64,000 nucleotides of DNA from Candidatus Saccharimonadia bacterium (GCA_025449535.1 JANWJF010000001.1:68279-132278); one strand, 5' to 3'. Positions 1-8,819 are shown, counted from the first letter of the stretch. The notes: generated from the letters alone by a model not told the origin. A program made the numbers and translations.

Positions 1-104
1 CTGGGACCTTTCACACTACCGGGACTATAAGGCGCCGTATTATACGCGGAAGTTCGCCGGGAGACTGTCGGCGCAGTTAGCCGCAAAACGTCCCGCGCTA
101 GCGG

Positions 105-110
105 TATAAT
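105..110 (+). promoter_or_regulatory. -10 box for the tRNA-Ala transcript
   Basis: Perfect TATAAT about 80 nt upstream of the tRNA; no clear -35. Confidence 0.55.
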
Positions 111-191
111 TAGGGAACTTGGGTCGGTACTGCGTACCGACCTGCGTCACTCGGAAATACCAAAGCGAGCTTTACATTTCACTCGTTCCTT

Positions 192-264
192 GGGCCGGTA
201 GCTCAGTCGGCAGAGCGCTGCGTTCGCAATGCAGAGGTCGGCGGTTCGAATCCGCCTCGGTCCA
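192..264 (+). tRNA. tRNA-Ala(CGC), CCA not encoded
   Basis: Cloverleaf GGGCCGG/TCGGTCC acceptor with G3:U70, anticodon arm CTGCG-TTCGCAA-TGCAG, T-loop TTCGAAT, discriminator A followed by CAA. Confidence 0.97.
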
Positions 265-289
265 CAAGAGGGGTATCATACGAGCAGCC

Positions 290-1111
290 ATGGCAAATTC
301 TCCGAGAAAGCGTACGGAAGATACCGGCACCGTATACCGACCCCATTTGGCACGTGACGGGGAGTACCTCCGGCAAGTCGCCGACACGATTCCCGACCAG
401 GAGGCCCGGGAGGTCCGCTTTGAGTACCTGACCCAGGCCTTGGCTGACCTCGGCGTGCCCGATGACCCGTACAAGCACGTCACCATCGAGGACCTGGTTT
501 CCAACGAGCTGGAGCAGGCCCTGGCGAAAGCGTTTAAGAAGGCGTGCGACATGAAGCCTGAAGCGGTCCCGGCCAGCGTACTGCGACTCTGGGACTATCT
601 TTCGGAGCCCGACGAGGTCACGGCGAGCGATCTGGTTATCGTATTCGGCGGACCGGGGCTGAGCCGGTTCGAAGTCGCACTAGACCTCTACCGGAAACGT
701 CTCGCTAAGAAGATCCTGTTCACCGGAAAGACGGCTTCGTATCACACCACCAGCCTGGAAGAGGCGAGGTACTTCGCGCAACTCGCGGAAGAGCAGGGGG
801 TGCCACCGGAAGATGTCCTGGTCGAACCGAAGTCGAGAAACACGCCGGAAAACGCGGCATTCAGCGTGGCCTTGCTCAAGGAAACCGGATTCGAGCCCGC
901 TCGCGTGATCCTGGTCACGTTGCCCTACCATATGCGCCGGACCGCGTTGACGTTCGGGGCAGTCGCGGACTGGACCCCGGAAACGATCCGTCAGCCGTGC
1001 GAATCGAGCCGGTTCACACGGGATAACTTCTACCAGGAGGAGCAGGGGTGGCAGTACGTGACGCACGAGTTCATCAAGATGTACGGCGCACGGTTGATGA
1101 AGCATTTTTAG
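290..1111 (+). CDS. YdcF/DUF218 (ElyC/SanA-like) family protein
   Basis: Motifs IVFGG, LFTG, EPKSRNTPENA, LVTLPYHMRR; start set at ATG 290 downstream of the tRNA. Confidence 0.85.
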   Translation: MANSPRKRTEDTGTVYRPHLARDGEYLRQVADTIPDQEAREVRFEYLTQALADLGVPDDPYKHVTIEDLVSNELEQALAKAFKKACDMKPEAVPASVLRLWDYLSEPDEVTASDLVIVFGGPGLSRFEVALDLYRKRLAKKILFTGKTASYHTTSLEEARYFAQLAEEQGVPPEDVLVEPKSRNTPENAAFSVALLKETGFEPARVILVTLPYHMRRTALTFGAVADWTPETIRQPCESSRFTRDNFYQEEQGWQYVTHEFIKMYGARLMKHF

Positions 1112-1121
1112 AAGTAAGACA

Positions 1122-1143
1122 AAAGTATACACATGTATACTTT
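1122..1143. promoter_or_regulatory. Perfect palindrome, candidate operator
   Basis: AAAGTATACA-CA-TGTATACTTT, 10-bp arms with 2-nt spacer, upstream of an HTH operon. Confidence 0.55.
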
Positions 1144-1161
1144 GTTATTATCTTTTACAGC

Positions 1162-1191
1162 TTGCGTGATAACTTTTTTTTTTGGTATCAT
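1162..1191 (+). promoter_or_regulatory. Sigma70-like promoter with T10 tract in the spacer
   Basis: TTGCGT-N18-TATCAT with extended -10 TGn; spacer contains ten T (1174-1183). Confidence 0.55.
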
Positions 1192-1200
1192 GAGTAGGTC

Positions 1201-1440
1201 ATGAACAATCACCCATTGAACGTCGCCGACCTAGACAAGCGAATGAAAGGAATTATGGCTCTACTGAGTGAAATTCTTTTTGCTTCGCCTAACTCCGATA
1301 GTCGAACACGCGGACGGGTTATTCAGGCTCTGTACAGGGCAGGGTTAAGCCCCAAGGACATCGCTGAGGTTGTAGGCACGACTCCTAACTCCGTCAGCGT
1401 GGCTCTGAGTCGCGAACGCTCGAAGGTTAAAGGCAAGTAA
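1201..1440 (+). CDS. Small HTH protein (sigma region 4-like)
   Basis: LYRAGLSPKDIAEVVGTTPNSVSVALSR helix-turn-helix pattern; AT-richer than the flanks. Confidence 0.8.
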   Translation: MNNHPLNVADLDKRMKGIMALLSEILFASPNSDSRTRGRVIQALYRAGLSPKDIAEVVGTTPNSVSVALSRERSKVKGK

Positions 1441-1454
1441 GGAGGTGATAAAGC

Positions 1455-1625
1455 ATGCCGACGAAGACCGAACGTGACGCGATACATTGGATGAAAGTCC
1501 TTATTGTGGTTCAAATGGCTACGGCTGGATGTACGAAGGCAGAGATCATGAAAGTAGTCTCCATGGATAGCAACGCCGTGAGCGCTATTACTGCACCCGT
1601 TAAAAGGGCAAGGGCTGGAAAATGA
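1455..1625 (+). CDS. Second small HTH-like protein (56 aa, not in ORF track)
   Basis: GGAGGTG RBS at 1441; MPTKTERDAIHWMKVLIVVQMATAGCTKAEIMKVVSMDSNAVSAITAPVKRARAGK; ATGA overlap with the next gene. Confidence 0.75.
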   Translation: MPTKTERDAIHWMKVLIVVQMATAGCTKAEIMKVVSMDSNAVSAITAPVKRARAGK

Positions 1626-2020
1626 AAGTAAGTTCTTACGAGAGACTGCTTGCTGATATAGCAAAGCGTCTTGGTAGAACTGAAAAATCAATCCGGGAGG
1701 CCATTTCTAGGCGTGCCCGCAAGGAAGCCGTTACAAGGCAAGTAGCGATTGAACTCCTTGCCCGCGAAAACGACGTGGCCTCGGGAGCTCATTTCAGGAC
1801 CTTGTCAGATCAGCAGCAGTCCCAGGTTCATGCCATCTTAAGGGGGAGTCGCCACACCAACACACCGCCTGCCAGAGCCCCGAAATCACATACGACCCTG
1901 CCCACCCCTAAGAGACACGGGTGGCGGTCCTTATCGACCTGGGCCCAGGTAGCCACCATTATCGGAACTGTTATTGGGGTTCTGGGATTTATCGCAACTT
2001 TAATTGCTCTAAATGTTTGA
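1622..2020 (+). CDS. Helical/HTH-like N-domain protein with C-terminal TM helix
   Basis: LADIAKRLGRTEKSIREAISRR N-domain, Pro/basic linker, terminal hydrophobic WAQVATIIGTVIGVLGFIATLIALNV. Confidence 0.75.
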   Translation: MKVSSYERLLADIAKRLGRTEKSIREAISRRARKEAVTRQVAIELLARENDVASGAHFRTLSDQQQSQVHAILRGSRHTNTPPARAPKSHTTLPTPKRHGWRSLSTWAQVATIIGTVIGVLGFIATLIALNV

Positions 2021-2045
2021 CAACCACGGCATAAAAAGCTACTCT
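2017..2045 (+). promoter_or_regulatory. Sigma70-like promoter
   Basis: TTGACA-N17-TACTCT. Confidence 0.7.
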
Positions 2046-2051
2046 TACTAA

Positions 2052-2118
2052 CTCGCCGCATCTGCGAAGATCGGCGGGGAACACCAACCGACACCTTATT
2101 TGGGTCGGTTTTTCTTTT
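2052..2118 (+). ncRNA. Candidate sRNA or attenuator leader ending in an intrinsic terminator
   Basis: Hairpin CTCGCCG-C-ATCT-GCGA-AGAT-CGGCGGG, then AACCGAC...GTCGGTT followed by TTTCTTTT, immediately after a promoter. Confidence 0.5.
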
Positions 2119-2123
2119 ACACC

Positions 2124-2300
2124 ATGACTCTGAACGCACACTTCGATCGCCTGAAGCTCGCCGGCGTCTTCTACGGAAGCGTCGTGGTGACGCTGGCCGC
2201 CACCGGCCAGTTGGGACTGACGCCCGTCCAAGCCGCGCTAGGCGGGGGAGCGCTGGCAGCGAGTGGCGCGTACTATCATCACGTCCGACGCCTGATCTGA
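2124..2300 (+). CDS. Small membrane protein (58 aa)
   Basis: Two hydrophobic segments, high GC3; ATG just after the terminator. Confidence 0.6.
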   Translation: MTLNAHFDRLKLAGVFYGSVVVTLAATGQLGLTPVQAALGGGALAASGAYYHHVRRLI

Positions 2301-2377
2301 CCGGCGTCGAAAACTAGGACCGTTCACAGGGGCTGGGCCATCGCCTCTTTTTTCCGCTTGCTCGGTGCCTGCAGGCC

Positions 2378-2406
2378 TTGACAAATGAGGCTAATAATGC
2401 TATGCT
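2378..2406 (+). promoter_or_regulatory. Sigma70-like promoter
   Basis: TTGACA-N17-TATGCT with extended -10 TG. Confidence 0.8.
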
Positions 2407-2445
2407 AATGAACTTCCAGGACATACGTCCGGGAAAGGAAATAGC

Positions 2446-3561
2446 ATGGCTGACCTAAAAACAATCATCCATATCACGCAGGAACAACTCAAGCGCGAGC
2501 TGCCGGTCCACGAGGCGGTCATCGGATCGCTGGAGGTGCTGCCGTCGCGCGAGGCGGACGTCCTGACGCGCCGAGCGGGACTCCGCGCCGGGAAGCCAGA
2601 CACGCTGGCGAAGATCGGAGACGAACTCGGTGTGACGCGCGAACGCGTGCGGCAGATCGAGAAGCAGGGCCGGACCAAGTTCGCGAAGCAGCTGGAGAAG
2701 GCGCCCCTGAGGGACATCCTCAAGCTGACGCTCGAGTTCATCCGCGAACGGGGCGGGGCGGTCGACGTCGAGGCGCTGACGGAGGAGTTCCTGCCGCAGA
2801 GCCAGCAGACCGAGGGCGGCGCGGCCGCGCTGGCGCTGGTCCTGCACAGCACCCCGGCCGTGGTCCAGGTCAAGGAGGACAAGGGACACGGCAAGCTGTA
2901 CGCGCTCAGTAACGCCCATGCGACCACTGCCACCGGCCTGATCCCGGTACTCGAAGGTGCTTTGGCCGAGGCCAAGGAACCGCGCACCGCGGAAGCGCTC
3001 GCCGCGGACGCCAAGGTCGCCGAGGCGGCCGCCGGCAACGGACACCTGCTGTCCGACGCGATGGTTGCGTCCGTGTTGTCGTTCGGCTCGCCGTTCGTGC
3101 GCACCGACGACGAGCGGTTCGGCCTGGCGATCTGGCGTGACATCAATCCCCGGAACATCCACGACAAGACGCTCTTCGTGATGAAGCAGGCCAAGACGCC
3201 GCTGCACTTCGAGGACATCACCGAGCGGATCAAGCGGGCAAAGTTCGACCAGAAGCCGGTGACCGTCCAGGCGGTGCACAACGAGCTGATCAACGGCGAC
3301 GAGTTCGTCCTGATCGGGCGCGGCATCTACGCGCTCAAGGAGTGGGGCTACGTCCCGGGTACCGTCGCCGACGTGATCCGGAAGATCCTCACCGACGCGG
3401 ACGGGCCGATGGAGCGCGCGGAGATCGTCGAGGAAGTGCTCAAGCAGCGCCACGTCTCCGAGAACACGGTCGTGATTAACCTGCAGGAGAAGTCGAAGTT
3501 CCGGCGGATCGGGGGCAAGTACGCGATCACCGAGGAATCCCCTGAGCCGGGAGGGAAATAA
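2446..3561 (+). CDS. Sigma-70 region 4-like HTH plus C-terminal HARE-HTH/RNAP-delta-like winged-helix protein
   Basis: TLAKIGDELGVTRERVRQIE; PLHFEDITERI...VHNELI...FVLIGRGIYALKEWGY. Confidence 0.85.
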   Translation: MADLKTIIHITQEQLKRELPVHEAVIGSLEVLPSREADVLTRRAGLRAGKPDTLAKIGDELGVTRERVRQIEKQGRTKFAKQLEKAPLRDILKLTLEFIRERGGAVDVEALTEEFLPQSQQTEGGAAALALVLHSTPAVVQVKEDKGHGKLYALSNAHATTATGLIPVLEGALAEAKEPRTAEALAADAKVAEAAAGNGHLLSDAMVASVLSFGSPFVRTDDERFGLAIWRDINPRNIHDKTLFVMKQAKTPLHFEDITERIKRAKFDQKPVTVQAVHNELINGDEFVLIGRGIYALKEWGYVPGTVADVIRKILTDADGPMERAEIVEEVLKQRHVSENTVVINLQEKSKFRRIGGKYAITEESPEPGGK

Positions 3562-3564
3562 GGC

Positions 3565-6414
3565 ATGGAAGCCCTGATCGGCCTGTTGGTGACGGTCCTC
3601 GTCTACACCTGGTGGATCATCGTGCCGATCCTGCTGTTCCTGGCGATCCAAGCGTACCGCCGGCGGGTCTGGACGCAGCACCAGCGCTACGTGCTCCTGA
3701 AGGTCTCCGTGCCGAAGGAGAACGAGAAGGCGCCGGTCGCCGCCGAGCAGATGTTCGCGGCCCTGCACGGCCTGCATCGCGACTCCCGGGCACGCTTCTT
3801 CGAAGGCAGCGTCCAGGAGCACATCAGCTTCGAGATCATCTCCCAGAAGAACCGGATCTACTTCTACATCTACGCGCCGGCGTCGCAGAAGTCGTTCGTC
3901 GAAGGGCAGGTCTACGCGCAGTACCCGAAGGCGGAGATCAGCAAGGCCGAGGACTACGTGAACCCGACGGAGATCGGCCAGCGGCGCGTGGCCGGGGCCG
4001 AACTCAAGCTGGTCCGCAAGGACGCGTACCCGATCAAGACCTTCCTCAACTTCGAGGATGTCGACCCGCTCTCCGGCATCACGGCGGTGCTGGGCGACCT
4101 CGGCGAGGATGAGGAAGTCTGGATCCAGATCCTGGCCCGGCCGGCCGACGACCGTTGGCGGCACCGGGGCGAGAACGAGCTCAAGCGCCTGTCCGGCGGC
4201 GGCGGAGGCCGCGCCAGCGGGTTCTTCGGAGCCATCGGCAGCTTCGCCGGTGACATGTTCTCCGCGGCCACCACGGCGCCGGAGACCGGGTCCGGCGGCA
4301 AGCCCGCGGCGAAGCCGAACGAACCGGTCCCCGTGGACGAGGCGATCAGCTCCGGCATCAAGGAGAAGTCCGCTAAGCTGGGCTACGAGACGAAGATCCG
4401 GCTGGTGGCGATCTCTCCGGACCAGACCCAGGCCCGGGGTCGCCTGAACGCCGCCATCGGCGCCTTCAAGCAATACAACACCACCAATCTGAACGGGTTC
4501 ACACCCGGCCGGGTCCAGACCAACACCGACAAGGTGGTCACGCCCTACAAGGCGCGGCTGTTCCCAGGCCACGGGCCGGTCCTGAACATCGAGGAGCTGG
4601 CCAGCGTCTTCCACCTCCCGAACATCTCCGTGGAAACGCCGAGTATCTCCTGGACGGCCTCCAGCCAGGGCGAGCCGCCCGAGGACCTGCCGATCGAAGG
4701 CAGCGACGAGGGCCTGACGATCTTCGCCGAGACCAAGTTCCGCGACAAGGTCGAGAAGTTCGGGATCAAGCACGACGACCGGCGCCGCCACGTCTACGCC
4801 ATCGGTAAGACCGGCATGGGTAAGACGCACATGCTGGAGACGATGGTACTCTCCGACATGCAGGCGGGCAGGGGACTGGCCGTGGTCGACCCGCACGGCG
4901 ACTTCATCGAGAGCGTGCTGGATCACATCCCGCAGAGCCGCGTCGACGACGTGATCGTCTTCAACCCGGCTGACCGCGACCATCCGATCGCGTTCAACAT
5001 CCTCGAGAAGGTCGACAAGGACGCCAAGCCGCTGGTGGCCTCCGGCGTGGTCGGCGTCTTCGAGAAGATCTACGGGCACTCCTGGGGGCCCCGGCTGGAG
5101 CACATCCTCCGGAATACCATCCTGGCGCTGCTGGATTATCCGGACTCGACGCTGCTCGACGTGCCAAAGCTGCTGGCCAACGACAAGTTCCGTCAGGACG
5201 TGATCAAGCACATCGAGGACCCGGTGGTGCGCAACTTCTGGGTGGACGAGTTCGGCAACTACGCCGAGCGCCAACGGGTCGAGGCGATCGCGCCGATCCA
5301 GAACAAGGTCGGCCAGTTCCTGGCCTCGACCACCATCCGGAACATCGTCGGGCAGAAGCACACCGCGATCAACATGCGCGAGGCGATGGATACCGGCAAG
5401 ATCATCCTGCTGAAGCTTTCCAAGGGCGAGCTCGGCGAGGACGCCTCGGCGCTGCTTGGAGCGATGCTGATCACCAAGATGCAGCTGGCGGCGATGTCCC
5501 GCGCGAACGTCGTGGAGTCCGAGCGCCGCGACTTCTACCTGTACGTAGACGAATTCCAGAACTTCGCCACCCAGAGCTTCGCGACGATCCTCTCCGAGGC
5601 CCGGAAGTACCGGCTCAACCTGGCGATCGCGCACCAGTACGTCTCCCAGATGCCCGAAGAGGTCCGGGACGCCGTGTTCGGCAACGTCGGGACGATCATT
5701 AGCTTCCGGGTCGGCGCCGCCGACGCGGCCTGGCTGGTGAAGGAGTTCGAGCCGGTGTTCGAGGAGACGGACATCGTGAACCTCGACAAGTACAACGTCT
5801 ACCTGAAGGTCGCGATCGAGGGCGTGACGGGGAACGCGTTCAGCGCCCGGACGATCCCGCTGCCCAGCCAGACGACGCCGTACCGCGACCAGGTCATCAA
5901 GCAGACCCACGAGCACTACTCCCAGCCGCGCGCGGCCGTCGAAGCGGAGATCGTCTCGGACAGCCCGGAGGTCGAGCAGGCGCAAGAGGACGACAAGCAG
6001 CGTCGGTTCCAGTCGTACCTGGACAAGGAACGGTCTTTCCATCAGCAAATCGAAGAAAAGGCCTCAACCCAGACGAAAAAGCCGACTCCTGCACCCGTGC
6101 CTGCGCCAAAGCCGCGGACCGAGAAACCGAAGGTCAAACCTCGGGCGCAGGCAGGGAAGCGGCCGCAGCCGAAGCACAAGACACCCGCTAAGCCACGTGC
6201 GACGGCCTCCCAGCCGAAGCCGGCCCGCACCAGCAAGAGCGACGCCGGCGCCCGGGAGCACTCCGTCAGTCCGCCGCCTCGGAACGAGCGGCCGGTCGAG
6301 CCGACGTCCCGACGTCCCGAACAGCCCGTCGTCCCCGAGACTCACGAACCGACACCGCCACCCCTCGGGGACGGTGGCGGCGAGCTGGATGAAGACACGG
6401 TAATCAAGTTCTGA
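3565..6414 (+). CDS. Membrane-anchored VirD4/TrwB/HerA-like ATPase (type IV secretion DNA-binding domain protein)
   Basis: N-terminal TM, Walker A GKTGMGKT, DPHGD, Walker B LYVDEFQNF, SEARKY, AHQY; Pro/Lys-rich tail. Confidence 0.9.
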   Translation: MEALIGLLVTVLVYTWWIIVPILLFLAIQAYRRRVWTQHQRYVLLKVSVPKENEKAPVAAEQMFAALHGLHRDSRARFFEGSVQEHISFEIISQKNRIYFYIYAPASQKSFVEGQVYAQYPKAEISKAEDYVNPTEIGQRRVAGAELKLVRKDAYPIKTFLNFEDVDPLSGITAVLGDLGEDEEVWIQILARPADDRWRHRGENELKRLSGGGGGRASGFFGAIGSFAGDMFSAATTAPETGSGGKPAAKPNEPVPVDEAISSGIKEKSAKLGYETKIRLVAISPDQTQARGRLNAAIGAFKQYNTTNLNGFTPGRVQTNTDKVVTPYKARLFPGHGPVLNIEELASVFHLPNISVETPSISWTASSQGEPPEDLPIEGSDEGLTIFAETKFRDKVEKFGIKHDDRRRHVYAIGKTGMGKTHMLETMVLSDMQAGRGLAVVDPHGDFIESVLDHIPQSRVDDVIVFNPADRDHPIAFNILEKVDKDAKPLVASGVVGVFEKIYGHSWGPRLEHILRNTILALLDYPDSTLLDVPKLLANDKFRQDVIKHIEDPVVRNFWVDEFGNYAERQRVEAIAPIQNKVGQFLASTTIRNIVGQKHTAINMREAMDTGKIILLKLSKGELGEDASALLGAMLITKMQLAAMSRANVVESERRDFYLYVDEFQNFATQSFATILSEARKYRLNLAIAHQYVSQMPEEVRDAVFGNVGTIISFRVGAADAAWLVKEFEPVFEETDIVNLDKYNVYLKVAIEGVTGNAFSARTIPLPSQTTPYRDQVIKQTHEHYSQPRAAVEAEIVSDSPEVEQAQEDDKQRRFQSYLDKERSFHQQIEEKASTQTKKPTPAPVPAPKPRTEKPKVKPRAQAGKRPQPKHKTPAKPRATASQPKPARTSKSDAGAREHSVSPPPRNERPVEPTSRRPEQPVVPETHEPTPPPLGDGGGELDEDTVIKF

Positions 6415-6416
6415 TC

Positions 6417-6638
6417 ATGCCTACAGTAGAAAAAAAGTACACCCAGGACGTCTACGAAGGCCGGCACGAGTACGGCGGCAACCACGACGTCTACGAGATG
6501 CCAGACAAGGCCAAACCGCACGGCAGGGTGCATACCAGCCCGCGGGTGATCATGACGATCCTAATCCTGCTCCTGTTCATCATCGGACTCAGCGTGGTGA
6601 TCTTCGAGATCATCAAGCAGTCACGAGGATTTGCGTAA
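6417..6638 (+). CDS. Small single-TM protein
   Basis: C-terminal hydrophobic stretch; 2 nt after the ATPase stop. Confidence 0.7.
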   Translation: MPTVEKKYTQDVYEGRHEYGGNHDVYEMPDKAKPHGRVHTSPRVIMTILILLLFIIGLSVVIFEIIKQSRGFA

Positions 6639-6693
6639 GAAAAGCAATAAAGTAGCTTTACAAAGACATTTACGGTTGTTTTAATGGCTGACT

Positions 6694-7515
6694 ATGGTGA
6701 ATTCAAAGCCCACGGATGCTCGAACAGGGGAAGTAGAGTGGTTTACGGATCCCGACGGCCTGTTCGGGAACGGTTACTACGAGACCCAAGTGGTGGCCCT
6801 TTCTCCAGAGCGCACCCGACGGGAAGTGGGCTTCTTGCTCGACCACGCCGGTCTCGCGCCCGGTGACCGGGTCCTGGATATCCCGTGCGGACATGGCCGT
6901 CATGCCGTCGAGCTTGCCCAGCGGGGCATCCACGTAACCGGGGTCGATTTGTCCCAACCGGCGTTGGCCCGCGCGGCGGCCGCCTCCTGGGAAGCAGGCG
7001 TGGACCTCCGGCTGGAACAGCAAGACACGCGCGAGGCTTCCTTGGAAGCCCGGTTCGACTGGGCGATTACGCTCTTTAACTCACTCGGCTACGGCGAGAA
7101 GACCGATGACCGCGCGACGCTACGACGTATCGCCAGCGCCCTTAAGCCGGATGGTGCGTTGATCCTCGAGGAATCGAATCTCGAATATACGGCCCGCCTG
7201 ATCGAACGCGAAGAACACCTCCGGGACGGCGTCTACGTCACTGATTACGCGTACCGAGGAGTTTGGGATCAACCGGTGTACCACATGCATGTCTGGAATC
7301 CGGAAACACGACGAATGCAGGTCCATGTGCTTTGGTGGGGTGAGGATGGGGTAATGAGAGAAACGCTCGCTGACATCCGCGCATACTCATTCGAAGAACT
7401 ATCCGGCTTGCTGGAGGACGCCGGATTACGAACCGTCGCGACATGGGGAGACTATGACGGATCCGCGCTCGAACCGGAGAGTAAACAGGTGATCATCAAG
7501 GCTCAGTTGGCCTGA
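6694..7515 (+). CDS. Class I SAM-dependent methyltransferase
   Basis: VLDIPCGHGRH motif I, VTGVDLS, LKPDG. Confidence 0.9.
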   Translation: MVNSKPTDARTGEVEWFTDPDGLFGNGYYETQVVALSPERTRREVGFLLDHAGLAPGDRVLDIPCGHGRHAVELAQRGIHVTGVDLSQPALARAAAASWEAGVDLRLEQQDTREASLEARFDWAITLFNSLGYGEKTDDRATLRRIASALKPDGALILEESNLEYTARLIEREEHLRDGVYVTDYAYRGVWDQPVYHMHVWNPETRRMQVHVLWWGEDGVMRETLADIRAYSFEELSGLLEDAGLRTVATWGDYDGSALEPESKQVIIKAQLA

Positions 7516-7568
7516 CTGCATAAGTCGCAAAAGTTATGTTGTGCGACGTTAGTATAGGCCACAGCTCG

Positions 7569-8087
7569 TTATTCCCTGACGAGCCCCAGTTCCACTTGCC
7601 GGATCTTTGTCCGGCCGCCTGCCTGGACGCCGTAGAAGGCTGCATACCGCGCGGCCAGGTCTAAGACGCGTTCGGCCAGTTGCTCTTCCCCTATCGTGCG
7701 AGCGACGGCTTCCAGGTCGAGTATCGTCCGACACGCCGTTTGGGCGTGTCCACGCAACTCCTCCTGGCTGAGAGGAAATTCCTCCGGCTGCTTGATGGCA
7801 AGCCCCATGACGGTATCGCACTCGAATTCCGTCGCGAAGACGTTGCGAAGGTCCGTATCGCCGATCGTCTCCCAGCTCACGACGCTGCTTTCGACAGCCT
7901 CACTGACGTACTCATCCGGCCGGCGCAGCCGTCCCGGGCGGTCACGGACGATGTCACCCAGTTCGGTAACCATTTCACTGAACTCAGCCGCAAGCTTCGG
8001 ATCGTAACGCAGGCTTCCTTCGGTCAGCTCCCTGTCCGGCTTTCCGTCGGGCGGCTGCGTCTCCGGGTCGAGCGTCCCTTCAGTCAT
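7569..8087 (-). CDS. Hypothetical acidic protein
   Basis: ATG ORF co-oriented with and 12 nt after the upstream gene; no recognisable motif. Confidence 0.55.
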   Translation of the reverse strand: MTEGTLDPETQPPDGKPDRELTEGSLRYDPKLAAEFSEMVTELGDIVRDRPGRLRRPDEYVSEAVESSVVSWETIGDTDLRNVFATEFECDTVMGLAIKQPEEFPLSQEELRGHAQTACRTILDLEAVARTIGEEQLAERVLDLAARYAAFYGVQAGGRTKIRQVELGLVRE

Positions 8088-8099
8088 TACGATACCCGC

Positions 8100-8819
8100 T
8101 CAGGGACGCTTCCAACGCTCATTGAATTCCTTCACCCGGTCGTACGCGTAAGCCGAGCCGGCGATGGACGGAAGAAGCGCGGACCGGTCCTCGACCACGT
8201 TCCAGCTGTGCCAAAGGAGCAGCTTCGTCCGGTCCTTGTTGGTTTCCGCGAACTGCTCCTGCTGATCCAAGACTGCCTCGGTCCGCGGGACCTGTAAACC
8301 TCCCCCGACGAAGCCGGGTGCGAGCGTGATCAGGCCGTACTTGATGTTCGGCGGGTTCGAGACCCAGTACTGCCGTCCCGACGGACCGTTGTCGACCCGG
8401 ATCACGCTGAACCGCGGATCCGCGGCCACTTTCGCGGCCCCGAAGACGTACACCAACGGCTTGCCGTCGAACCGCAGCCAACGGTCCACGGAGTATTCCC
8501 GGGCCAATGTCTCGAACGTCCCTTCCCCTGCCCGGCTGCTCGGGACGAAGAACGCGTACCGTAAGCCAGTCTTGCCACGGATACGTTCGACCGTCTTGGA
8601 CGCCTGCGGCCGGGTGGCCGGAGTCCAGCGGATCGCGGCGAAGTCGAATCCCCCACCCTGGAGTGACGACGGGTCGAGCCTTTCCGTGGGATCGACGGTC
8701 ACGCCGATCGGGGCGGGTTCCGGCCGGGCCGACTCGCGGTCGCGGGACTCGCGGACGGCGAGAAAGACGTAGGTCACCAGTACCACCAGTACGGCCAGGA
8801 TCACCCATGGCCGCCTCAT
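8100..8819 (-). CDS. Membrane-anchored GH99/GH71-like (degenerate) glycan-related protein
   Basis: N-terminal TM; WLRFDGKPLVYVF, LAPGF, LLWHSWNVVEDRSALLPS resemble GH99-like motifs; ATGA overlap with ftsQ stop. Confidence 0.55.
   Translation of the reverse strand: MRRPWVILAVLVVLVTYVFLAVRESRDRESARPEPAPIGVTVDPTERLDPSSLQGGGFDFAAIRWTPATRPQASKTVERIRGKTGLRYAFFVPSSRAGEGTFETLAREYSVDRWLRFDGKPLVYVFGAAKVAADPRFSVIRVDNGPSGRQYWVSNPPNIKYGLITLAPGFVGGGLQVPRTEAVLDQQEQFAETNKDRTKLLLWHSWNVVEDRSALLPSIAGSAYAYDRVKEFNERWKRP

Noticed and set aside
119-289. N-terminal extension of the YdcF ORF
   Set aside because: Overlaps tRNA-Ala; ATG 290 with an upstream TATCAT box is the better start
2455-6048. 1197-aa ORF on the minus strand
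   Set aside because: Antisense shadow of two well-supported plus-strand genes; expected with extreme GC3 and has no motifs
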